Shown here piece by piece: positions 43,801-52,844 of a stretch of DNA of 53,423 nt. The DNA lies in the NCBI GenBank assembly GCA_001655205.1, contig LPNZ01010302.1:1-53423 (forward strand). Reading direction: 5' to 3'. The position numbers were made by a program, and so were the translations under genes. Below the pieces are notes generated by a model. The model saw only the letters and a list, made by a program, of their open reading frames with translations. It was not told the origin of the DNA and did no database searches. Positions within the stretch are counted from its first letter, which is position 1, and the number at the start of each line of letters is the position of its first letter. The DNA is from Lenisia limosa. Lineage: Eukaryota; Protista; Breviatea.

Positions 43801-45819
43801 ACTGAGTCACGCTGCTCATCATGCCACGGCTCTCAGACCTCCATCTGCGCTGTCTGCTCTGCACCTTATGTCGCCGTCAACGGTGAATGCGTCATTTCAG
43901 GTTAGTGGAGGATTTATTTCTGTGTGTGTGTTTTTTCTGATCTAATATTCGCAGTTGATACACGGAACATTACTGCTGTATCCAAGGCAACTTCTGTGGC
44001 TTTTGGTGACGTTGAAGTAACCGCTAATGCTTCCGAGGCTAACCTGGGGTCTGATGCTACCTTCCTTTCAATTTCCGCTCCCTCTAGGTTTGGAGACATG
44101 TTCATACATCCTGCTGTGTTCCATTTGACCGTTTTTTTTTGTTGTTGTTTTTGCTGTTGTTGTCTACTTATCTTTACCGTACTGCATATCGTACTTCTCT
44201 ATGTCCTCATGGTTTTACGATTTCAGACCAGACCAGACCGCAGACCCCGAGTCTCTTGAGTCTTTCCATGGCATCTGGTTCGACGTCGAGGTTCTTGACG
44301 AAAATGGGCTAGCTGATACTGAGTCAACTGGGCCCTTCACTGTCTCCATTCCCGCTTCTTCGGTCAAGGTATGCAAGGGCAAGTCTTGTGGTGCTTTGTG
44401 TTTCGCTCTACTGACCGCCTAGTCTGGCTACACCCCCCAGCTTCTGATTTCCACCGACTCGGAGTGGTCCGCTAACTGCGCGTCTGACCCCAAGGAAGTC
44501 GATGACATGGTAGGTTCCCGCAAGAGCTGTTCTGTACCAAAAATATTTTCTTATTTGTTTCCTGTTGTACTCTACGTTTTACCTCACAACTTCAGATTGT
44601 CTTCACGGTGTGTGACCAAGGGACTTTCGCTGTGGTCCAAGATCGCATTGTCGCACCTATTGTTGACTCCACTGTCGACTCTTCCGCACCCATCATTTCT
44701 GAAGAAGATGATGATGACGGCTTCAATTGGCTCTGGATTATTCTGCTCATCGTGCTAGTCATCCTTATCCTTGTGGTGGCCTTTATCATCCTTGGGAAGA
44801 AAAAGAATGACGAAAAGGTATGCTGGGCTTGACCTTTTGGAATACACGTGATACCCTCCCACAATGTGAAAAAAACCAATATCGTATTTCTTTATCCTGT
44901 ATTATGTCATCTTCTCCAGGAGCAACCTCCGCAACTGAAACCAGTTGGTAGCGAGCTTCAAACTGTCGACAATGTGGGGAGGAGATTGGTCTCTTTCAAT
45001 ATCATTTCGATACTGTCTTGCTTGCAAAACGTCATTGGAACATAGCCCATTTTACTACTTTCTCAAAGTGGTGAACTGAATATTTATTGTATTAACCTTG
45101 TAGACCTCAACCATTGACAATGAGACGACTCACGGTACCATTGAAACAGTTGCCATTGATGATGTCGATGACGTCACTCCCACTTCCGAGGTTGCCACTC
45201 CCACTTCCGAGGTTGTCACTCCCACTTCCGAGGTTGCCCTTCCCACAACAGATGTTGCCCCTGCCACTACAGAGGCGGAGGCTTCTGCTGAATCTGTTGA
45301 GGTATTTATATGGGTAAACACTAGGGCAAATGTACTTTCAATACTTATTTGATATCCCCTTCCTCTAATTACTTATAGGCTAAATCCACTCCGCCTTCTC
45401 CCGAATCTGAAGGCCCCAGAGCTGATGGTGAGGGGTGCATGGGGGATTACGATTATTGCTCTTGTTCACTTTTCCTCAGGGGTGAGATGGAACCAGAGCC
45501 GTTGTGCTTTTATTTCTTTTCCATTTGCATCTCTTCATGAGCTGTTTTTATACCCTTAATTATCGATAATTCTTGTCTTCCGAACTGAAGCTTTCTTCAG
45601 CAGCAACAGAGCTCACCATCACAGAAGCGGCCAAGAAGACAGTACCCGCTGACAAGGTCGACACCCCCTCTTTAGAGGCCTCACTGGACCTAGTTGATGA
45701 CAACAGCGTATGTCGGGTGGCGGCGATTTGATTTTGATCCGCTTGTTTATTGGTTTGTGAAAATGGGTTTGTTGCATTGTCTCCTTTTTTCACAACAGCA
45801 GATCGAAGTAGTGGTGTAA
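1835..45819 (+). CDS. Giant multi-exon type-I membrane/adhesion protein: GLUG-like beta-helix modules + sushi/CCP arrays + FN3 + REJ/PKD-like + Cys-rich + TM + tail
   Basis: ATG 1835 gives MVPALLLISLICTLLGAGA-VF (signal peptide). Phase-consistent GT-AG exon chains were traced over 1835-4500, 15.7-21.2 kb and 37-45.8 kb, with no new signal peptide or unavoidable stop found. It has a 2173-nt exon (41728-43900), a single TM at 44728-44793, and a last exon (Q)IEVVV with TAA 45817-45819. Continuity cannot be verified across nine N-gaps or at 12.1-13.2 kb. Confidence 0.8.
3344..3664 (-). CDS. Candidate nested antisense gene (three core exons) inside the 1817-nt intron 2617-4433
   Basis: Exons 3664-3587, 3536-3456 and 3402-~3344 are joined by 50- and 53-nt GT-AG introns, phase-consistent and stop-free: ATKLTLKDVLDIERDELERVPMRPIG|TCKKRQLFVQILLAIRSMVNKDMSVIR|TETNGISP. 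A poly-C tract precedes one acceptor. Confidence 0.45.
12181..12996 (+). CDS. Candidate nested gene or alternative 3'-terminal exons within the ~1-kb intron of the giant gene
   Basis: Exons 12181-12266, 12366-12421, 12514-12602 and 12666-~12810 are joined in phase by 99-, 92- and 63-nt GT-AG introns. The product is K/E-rich (..DEAATFDEFLPGLLERTKNEHKAEEAKAKADEAAINKRAEQEKSS..). A possible last exon ends at TGA 12994-12996. Confidence 0.5.
14027..14101. repeat. Intronic tandem repeat, ~28-nt unit (cacatgtctcattgctgctcatcaatgc) x~3
   Basis: Directly visible degenerate copies. Confidence 0.8.
15021..15132. repeat. Intronic minisatellite, 11-nt unit taagccttgac, derived from the donor gtaagccttgg
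   Basis: Five perfect copies plus one partial at 15069-15132, and three degenerate copies from 15022. Confidence 0.9.
16730..18481 (+). other. First sushi/CCP cluster (about 4-5 domains)
   Basis: For example CNGLPPPAPENATWVCSEYPPITSSSCFLQCPEGQGPSRAAMMC, VRCSDFDGSWPEIEC, GCLEDYTWPDLTC. Confidence 0.75.
17881..17988. repeat. Intronic tandem repeat, 36-nt unit x3 (branch-like motif plus polypyrimidine)
   Basis: ctgatcaaaatggttctaattaactttctctcttca and two variants, just upstream of the acceptor at 17998. Confidence 0.9.
21250..28900 (+). other. Second block of GLUG-like beta-helix modules (two modules)
   Basis: ADLDC (21348)..GNNHTITGL (21483) and ADLDC (24984)..GNGHTVSDM (25172). Rungs include NFGGVTAG, LLGGLT, FAGLF, LAGGLVA, KIGGLFG, IAGFIA. 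Confidence 0.65.
31753..31842. repeat. Intronic 42-nt direct duplication
   Basis: ttttggcaaagt(g/t)aacatcttgagagcgcaagatgtggggga x2. Confidence 0.9.
33524..33567. repeat. Dispersed 44-bp intronic repeat, copy 2
   Basis: 41/44 identical to 294-337; lies 10 nt before an assembly gap. Confidence 0.85.
34559..34700. repeat. Intronic minisatellite, 25-nt unit ctctcttcttccaatacttttcatg x5.7
   Basis: Near-perfect tandem copies with no spacers. Confidence 0.95.
37300..38760 (+). other. Fibronectin type III domains (about 3)
   Basis: VPRNVTYSLDTLSVSW; ASNTTHESFDLSWALP..IHVSGLTGLSNVTVFV; PFKPENVTAQATSTLISLTWDY. Confidence 0.75.
38870..43520 (+). other. Ig/cadherin-like linker and REJ/PKD-like region
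   Basis: VEVIPDLDYSGPDTL; PDLTSATL..VLEFSGPV; SSSATIRVGDSV; VSIEGSSTVPRC; TYEWASSP; LTIVYTC; LTYKWTL; HSATLSVTDNFGSVASSSV; PPLVTYLSV; LSVMVRDSLGG. Ser/Thr-rich Ig-like strands with Y-x-W motifs typical of REJ-type modules. Confidence 0.65.
43666..43900 (+). other. Myxococcus-type Cys-rich repeat (DUF4215-like) plus furin-like Cys segment
   Basis: CGNGVVDASEDCDNDSEDCVNC..GHAC, then CSSCHGSQTSICAVCSAPYVAVNGEC. Confidence 0.7.
44728..44793 (+). other. Single transmembrane helix
   Basis: WLWIILLIVLVILILVVAFIIL, preceded by an acidic stretch (EEDDDD) and followed by GKKK. Confidence 0.9.
45173..45277 (+). repeat. Coding 21-nt tandem repeat in the cytoplasmic tail
   Basis: VTPTSEV-ATPTSEV-VTPTSEV-ALPTTDV-APATTEA. 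Confidence 0.9.
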
Positions 45820-46265
45820 TTCATGGCTGTTTATTGTAGTATTTCTTTTTTCTTAGTCTTGTTTGTTGTTGAATTGAATGCATGTAGTTTCTCAAAACAA
45901 AGTGTTAGTTACAGAATTGCATAAGCGTTGAGGTGTTGAGGGAGGTGAGACAATATCAATGTTGCAATCACCCAACTACCAGCCAATTACTCTTTGAAAC
46001 TGAGAAAACACAAGGGGTATAGCTATAATACATATGATATCATAATATAAATTCAGTGGAGGGTGTAAGCATTTGAATGAAGAGTTTTATCTGTCTTTCT
46101 AGGAGGGTTATTTCGTAAGTCTGGGAGGGTGCTAGGAGGTCATGTAAGAATAGTGGGAAAACACGAAACAGGATAGGAGTGAATCTGCATTTACACCCCT
46201 CCCTGTCCGTGCCGGGATCCGGTGCAACTTTGAATTTTCCGCGGAAATTTTGTTCCTATTTTTAT

Positions 46266-46861
46266 CTAAAAGTAGTGAAGGTAGGAAGAAATAAGTGGTA
46301 TTGCACACGCACTACAGGACCTAGCTATGAAAGCGTAAGACCCCCCCTCCCTGCTGAAAGTAAATGATATCATTCCTTCATACCCTTCATACCTCCATTC
46401 TATTTCCGCTTTAAGTTTGGAGAGAAGCATTGCTTTCTTAACTCTATTATTTCGCATTTTCTCACAATTTTCGCATAGATAATTCTCATTGCAAAAGGAA
46501 CGGTCTGTGCCAAGGAGGTATGGTTCTTGAGCGTTCTGCAGACTCCCACTTCCTGCAGTGGAAGGACCATGATGTCCCTCTGCAGCTTTCCTATGCGGAC
46601 TTCATTGCGACCTCAGATCGTATTGCAAGATGTGTTCGAAGTTGTCAGATGGTAGGCTTGCCCTGTTTTTGACATTCAAAGGCAAAGGCTGTGAGCGTGG
46701 TGGCGGTTGTTGCTCAGACGTCTCCCGAACTGTATTTGTCTTGGTCAGCGTATGCTGGGAATGGATGATATTCTGGGTTTCAGCATCTACCTTGCCCTGA
46801 AAGTAATCATTTCCTCTCAATGAGTATTGAAAACTCTAAACAACAAAAGGACTTTTAACAT
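46266..46861 (-). CDS. Small unidentified spliced gene with a C-x5-C-x2-C motif and a basic helix
   Basis: ATG TTA AA(A) at 46861 and a 56-nt intron lead into a long frame GKVDAETQ.. with one TGA (46602-46604) removable by an intron. It continues ..SFCNENYLCENCEKMRNNRVKKAMLLSKLKAEIEW, then a 39-nt gtatga..cag intron. The 3' end is uncertain. Confidence 0.45.
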
Positions 46862-46932
46862 TGAATGTGTCTCATTCTCTATTATGGCATGAAATAAAAA
46901 TATAATTTAAGGAGTCTAGTTTCTTGTGTTCT

Positions 46933-49900
46933 ATGAGAATATCTCCTCAACAAGGGTGATCCACAAGGGTGACACATTGTCTTCAAAACATAGTACACGA
47001 TATTTATAGGTCTTTTGGAGTATTGATATCATTTTCACGCAACAGATTATACAGTCAAAAGGTGCCTTTTTACACTGTGGTCCCAACATCAACAGCCCTA
47101 CTCGCAAGCATACCGCCTCAGATGGCTGTGGTCTGTGGAGATCTTCAGGTTGCAACTTTGTTGGGCCGCTGTGTTCGCGTCAAATATTGCGCCAAATCGT
47201 ATGTTGGGCGTACATTTGAGAGTCAAATCGTGCCAATCCTTGAAGTAATTCTGTAGGGATTCCTTTGATGTTACAGTGCAAAAATGCGACATAAATATGG
47301 GTCAGATTAGTACAGATTTAGAACATGTGAGTGCTTTTTTTATGAATGGCAAGTCATACTTTAGATACTATCGAGTTGGAATGATGTGGCGTATGTCATC
47401 TCAACCTCGGGTTCTAACGGAACACCAAAAATTGTGGTTGTACCCCGAACAAGTAAGCTTATCTTGATTAACATCACTACACTCATTGTTTGCGTACCAT
47501 GTGTGATGGTAAATCCTACTCTCATATTTCGATTGCGCGAGAGGAACGCTATCCTTCCAATAGTGATCAGTGAAGCTTGTAATTTATGATTATCGCTCTT
47601 CTAACAAGTCAGCTTTTGAAGTGAATATTACGGCCTTGTCCGACGAGCTGAAAAGACTCCCATCAAGCATGCGGAAGCGAATGACTCTGTCCACAAGCCC
47701 CACGCACGACCCAAGCCTGGCTGAGTTCTTTGTCGGTATGAAGCTCAAATGTAGGTTGGATGGGATAAGGCCTCATTGATGTAGCGAGCTTTTTCGTCTG
47801 TCAACACAGCACACACTCCTTAGTGCACCGAATTGCCCAGACCGAGGGCGATATTCTGATGACAACACCGTCCATGGCCCGGAGCCTCTTTAGCCTTGAC
47901 CCGAAATCCCTATCCTCCCTTCGGCTTCTTCTTCTTGGAGGCGAGCCTGTTCCTCATGCCAAAGAGCTTTCAAAATGGAGACTCTCAAAAAAGCTAAAAA
48001 TCATGTCTCTATACGGTAATTATCACGATTCCACCAACATTTTAGGGAGTACTGAACAGTCTATCTGGTCAATGATATGTCATAACCCCCAATTCTCTCA
48101 AAACTCTGCACTTGGTAAACCTCTTAGCGGCGTGTCTTTTGCTGTTATATCTGAACAAAGTAAGTCCTAAGTCTTTTGTCTATTAATTATTTCAGGCCCT
48201 GACACAAGGGTGATACTTGGCAGAGGGGAACTGATTGTCATGTCTCAAGAAACATGGGTAGCTGGCGAGCCGAAGCCTCTGGCATGTCGCCATACTGGGG
48301 ACATTGTCAGCATCTCAAATGGTTTGTTAGCCTCCTTGTCACAACACCAGACCAATCGCTCTCATTTGTCGGACGAAAAGACGGGCTGTGTAAGGTTGCT
48401 GGTCTTCGAGTATCAACTACCGCCATAATCAAGTAAGATGGAGAGATAATTGTGACGTTATAGTTCACTATTAGCAACCCCCGGTATAGAAAACGCCTAT
48501 GTTTTTCCTGGCCAAGATTCTCTGACGTTAGTTCTTCAAACCCATATGACGGAAGGTTTGGAGAAGTTTTGAGAACGCAGGTCACAACATAGGGTGGGTG
48601 CACTGGTCCAAACTGTCGCACTTGGCTCCCCTATTCGCTCAATACAACACACTCAACCCGTACTTCTACTCTTGGAAGCGGTTTCCCCTGACACAAAACT
48701 CAAAAGTTAGAGATAACATGACAGTGTTCGCTCACCTTGCAGATTGACATGGTCAGAATTCAAGAACGGCTTACAGAGCCGGCCCCTCAGACAGAGTCTC
48801 CCTTGAAGATCTTTCAAGACCACCTCACCCTGTCACGTGATATCATTGAGAGTGATATGTGGGTTGGACTAGGAGGCAAATCTCTGCAGGCAATGGCGGC
48901 GGCGGAGCAGGTTTCCCGACAGTTTTCTGTTGATCGCGGTGTTGTTTTGAGTCTTCTCTACACTGTTCCTCTAGTTCAAGCGGCACACCAACTTCTGGCG
49001 TCTTCAAAGTCGACACAGCATATCTATTTGGAGCCTAAGGTATCGTGGTCTCTTGAGAGCAGTAGTGCCAAAGCCGAGCCGGGTCCTTGGTCCTCCCCTT
49101 GTGACATGCAGGAGGTGATGACAATGGTGGCCTCTGATCTGGAGGATGAATTTCCGCGAAAACGCCAAAAGAAGTCCCCAAGTATCGAAGTGAATCAAAC
49201 AGTCCCACCTGTCCCTGGAGCTATAACGGATATTCTCAGCCCCAATGCCACCTTGGTTCCTATTTGGACTGTTAACATGCTGAAGTGCGTTGACGCGCGA
49301 ATTGCTACGTGCGCGCAACAGGTAGCAATGGCATGTCACGGAGGCGCAGTCTGCTCTGTCGCTGACAACCGGCTAGTCTTGAGTGAAGTTCTAAAGGACC
49401 GGGTTGAGGGAGGCGTGGCGTATGGTCCTGGTTGCATGGCTTGTGGCACATCATCAGGATTCCTCCATCTCTTTGGAGGCAACAACTTGGCTGGTCATTT
49501 GCATTCGGTATGGAGCTTATTCTTAATTTTGATATTCATAGAGCTAGCATATGGGCTGTGTATAATCCTTTTTCGTTTATAAGCCATCTAGGAGTACTGT
49601 GGCGGTTCTATCAAAGGGACGCCTTGTTTTCTCCCTTCAGGTATGACGTGTTCGTAATGGAAGCTCGTAAAAAAAGGCATTAAAGTTTGTCATGTTTCTC
49701 ACACTTTCAGGCGATATCCTTGTCCCAACCTACGGCAACGGAGTAGTATTGGTCCGGCCCGGGTCTGATGGGTGGGCTGCCGTTTGGAGGTCCGGCCAAG
49801 AGTCGTGTAAAGCTAGTCCTCTTGTCACCAACGAGGCTTTTGTAGAGGTCTCTCTTGACGGACTAATTGCATGTTTCGATGTTGTTTCTAAGTCGCTTCC

Positions 49901-50589
49901 TTCTCTTCGCTGGAGGTCCACTGTCTCTGTCCCCATTTTTGCAGAGCCAGTTCTTCATAAGGACTTTGTTATTGTCATGACCGTTACTGGTGTTTTAGTA
50001 ACGCTTGAAGTCAAGTCAGGCCGAACTTCTCAGATTCTTGGTTGGTGATAAGCTCTTTGACCGAGGTAGATTTGAATGATGATGTGTTCCACTCGGTCGT
50101 TATTCTGGGTGAAGGTTGGTCATGACATTGGGACCTTTTATGTGTTGTGTATAATTTCAATCAGCTAATTTCCTTGTAGAAATGATAGTTTTCTCCCAAG
50201 CTGGTTCTGTTTTCATTCTCTCTCTTCCAAGTCATGAAGAAGAGGTTGAACTCAAAAGTGTGGTGCAAATGGAGGTATGGAGCCATTGAGATTCCTTATC
50301 CCATCAGAGCTTCGGAGGCTGTGCTGTTGTGGATGGGAGTAATGTTTTGGTACTTTCAACCACTGGGTTCGTTCGCATCCTCAATGTTAAAACAACTGAA
50401 ATTCAAAATGTGGGGGGAGATCAATGAAGAAAGGTATTCATCCCAAACCGAATTTACATTACGCTTGTAACCTAACAGGTTTTATGCCCGGTACTGGGTC
50501 CCACGTTTACGGACCCGGTGTGGTCTGGCTCGGAGTGGGTGATAGGCTCACGTGCAGATAAGGTCTTCGGTTTGGTAGCGATCTCTTGA
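46933..50589 (+). CDS. AASDH: AASDH/ACSF4-like NRPS-type protein (adenylation domain + carrier domain + PQQ-like beta-propeller)
   Basis: A-domain motifs AYVISTSGSNGTPK, SPTHDPSLAEFF, LLLGGEP, YGSTE, HTGD, FVGRKDGLCKVAGLRV, FPLTQNSKID. Carrier motif LGGKSL. Propeller WTVNMLKCVDA, PIFAEP, TFTDPV..IGSRADKVFGL, TGA 50587-50589. The start exon is uncertain. Confidence 0.9.
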
Positions 50590-50858
50590 TCAATGTAACA
50601 TGAACTTTCCAAACGCTGGTGACCTGATTTCCTTTCGTTTCACTGACTGCTGGAGAGAATAGAAGACAAGGGACCGTCTGACATGGAGGAAACGGGTATC
50701 TTCACGGACTTTACGAAGGATCGACTCCTTAATAATCAACACAAAACAAATAATCACTAAATGATATTATGAAATCTCAGGAAACAAAAAAAAAATCCCA
50801 TCCATACAAGAGGGATAGCAGCATGTCTTGGTATAGTCCTTGCTAAGCTCTCCATTGC

Positions 50859-52282
50859 CTATTGTAGTGACAATAACTGAAGAGAAGCACCACCAAAAGC
50901 AAACCGATTGGATCGCTTCATTAATCTGGCTTTGATTTGACAGAACACGGTACTTTGAAATTTCTTTGCTAAAGTGTATCTTTAGCAAGAGAACTTGCAA
51001 AAAAAGATCATGACTCCACCAAGCCCACCAGAAGTATATGAGTCCATCATTGGTGAGTTTGTTGACTGCTGACTGGACAGTGTCTTCATAGCATTTCTGA
51101 GGAAACAATGTCACGTGCTAATCTCCCATTGCATGATATGACAACCGAAATTCCCTCAAACTTGGTCACAATTAGCTCTAGCCTGAATTCGACTATTCTT
51201 GAATATCTCGTCAATGCTGATACCACTTTCAGCCGCGTAGTTTATCACTGTAAACACTTCGGACTCCAAAAGACTCGCCTATCTGTTAGACAACTAAGGT
51301 ACAAACCGCGGATGTATTAGAAATGAGAAGATTGTTCCTCCCATTTTGCTTCTGGAGGAGAGCTTCCATCCACATCGTCAACTCATCTGTGGGGGAACAT
51401 TTGCCTGAAAGAGTCAAACAACCTTGAGAACTTTAAGAATCACCATAAGACTCAATTTGAACGACTACACCATGGAAGTGGATTGGTAGTCCTTTGACCC
51501 ACACTACTGTTCCTGCAACTGTCAGAGCTCAATGGGCTTCCCATTGGTCCATATACTATAGCAATGATACAGCAATGAGAAATAAAAAAAACAGTTGTAT
51601 CCGCCTATTGCGGATTTTCCAAGATTGTCATCAACCCACCAAGTTTTGGAGGTTTTGGCTGGTCGACGTTGACAGAAACACCAGGTGGATGCCAGACAAT
51701 ACATGGCAAAAGACTGGACCCATCATCAACTGCCAACTGTCAGGACTGGTTTAATATGGAAACAACAAAAACAATCAACACTGACTTGTGAAACTCGTAT
51801 TGTTTGTTTTGATGTCTGACATCACAACTACTCCGGATACCTGAGAGCTGGGTAAGCAATTGTATTATACCACTTGCTGATAGCAAGTTAAATCAGATAC
51901 TGACATCTATGATGGAAATACTGTGTTCAATGTGAAAGGATATGCTCAACTATTGTACCGATATTTTCATTGCATCTGTCAGATTAGACCGCTAATAGAG
52001 ACTAAATTGGTTATATTTGAATATTCAGTAATTATTATGCTATGACAAAAGCAGATTCCTCAACACCAGTCCATTCATACCAACAATCTTGGAACTTTTT
52101 TGCCTTGAAATAACACCTGACGGCCTATATCTGTTAACACTCATGTTGCGCAACCTTTTGGATGAATCTGCCGCATTTGGACCGCTTCAGAACAGAAGAG
52201 TCTCAAACACTCCGGTTCTCCTGATCACGAGTTACCAAATTCCCAACTATGACCAACCTAATTTCAAAGGGTAGACCGACAT
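50859..52282 (-). CDS. STN1: CST complex subunit STN1 (OB fold plus winged-helix)
   Basis: Spliced product MSVYPLKLGEPECLRLFCSEAVQM..VLFQGKKVPRLLVSGVVV..FTIDDGSSLLPCIVW..LGTVVWVKG..PTDELTMWMEAL..AVNKLTNDGLIYF resembles the STN1 OB-fold (VDDxTGxIxCxxW) and winged-helix signatures. Introns are mostly 28-65 nt. The last exon is uncertain. Confidence 0.8.
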
Positions 52283-52283
52283 T

Positions 52284-52700
52284 TTATTCTTTCAACAACA
52301 AGAGTTTCCTCTGGACAGTTAGGAATACTTAAGATGAAGGTCATGTCTTAGTAGTTGAGCCCCCCCCCCTCCCACCTTCTTCTCATCTCTTGCGTACTTG
52401 TATGATCCCCACGCCAGAATGCCAACAAAGCCAACAAACAGCGTTGTTCCGAAGACGGCGATGGGCTTGATACGTCCGGCTGCGTCCAAGGGCGAAACCT
52501 ACCCCGTCATGAATTGACTCAACTCAAGCTTCTCGAGAGTGCAGGCTAAAGAATCATCCCCTTACAAAAAGCTCAAAATTGATGAGTTTGAATAAACTGG
52601 TTGCTTCAGGAGACTGCGGTCCGACCAGCTTTCTAAAGAGGTGGTTGGTTAGTGACAATGACAATCCCGACAACAAACACAGATTAACTAACTTGAGCAT
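52284..52700 (-). CDS. SMIM8: SMIM8-like small single-TM protein (74 aa)
   Basis: Exons 52700-52693, 52632-52566, 52498-52376 and 52310-52284 give MLKKLVGPQSPEATSLFKLINFELFVSPLDAAGRIKPIAVFGTTLFVGFVGILAWGSYKYARDEKKRKLLLLKE*. SLFKLINFELFVSP..KPIAVFG resembles the SMIM8/DUF4500 motif LFRAVNPELFIKP.KPVMAFG (recalled, not searched). Confidence 0.75.
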
Positions 52701-52836
52701 TGGTCAACAACAGTTGGGGGGGGGGGNNNNNNNNNNAAACTTTAATACATCAATAATGTGGATGGAGTATACAACCGAAAGAAAGGAAAACAACAGAAAA
52801 ACAAACTGCTGAAAGCGAGGACATTTGATCGATTAT

Positions 52837-52841
52837 AAAAA
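52837..52841 (-). terminator. Pol III terminator (T5) downstream of the tRNA
   Basis: TTATTTTT begins immediately after the tRNA 3' end on the minus strand. Confidence 0.7.
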
Positions 52842-52844
52842 TAA

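Noticed and set aside
46602-46604. In-frame TGA as a sign of stop-codon recoding
   Set aside because: Removable by a GT-AG intron ending at catag (donor options give 21 or ~127 nt); other genes here end in TGA.
48570-48572. In-frame TGA in AASDH as readthrough or selenocysteine
   Set aside because: A 54-nt intron (gttagt 48527 to cgcag 48580) removes it in frame. It does delete a plausible LTLVL strand, so junction reads should confirm; unspliced reads with peptide across the TGA would revive the idea.
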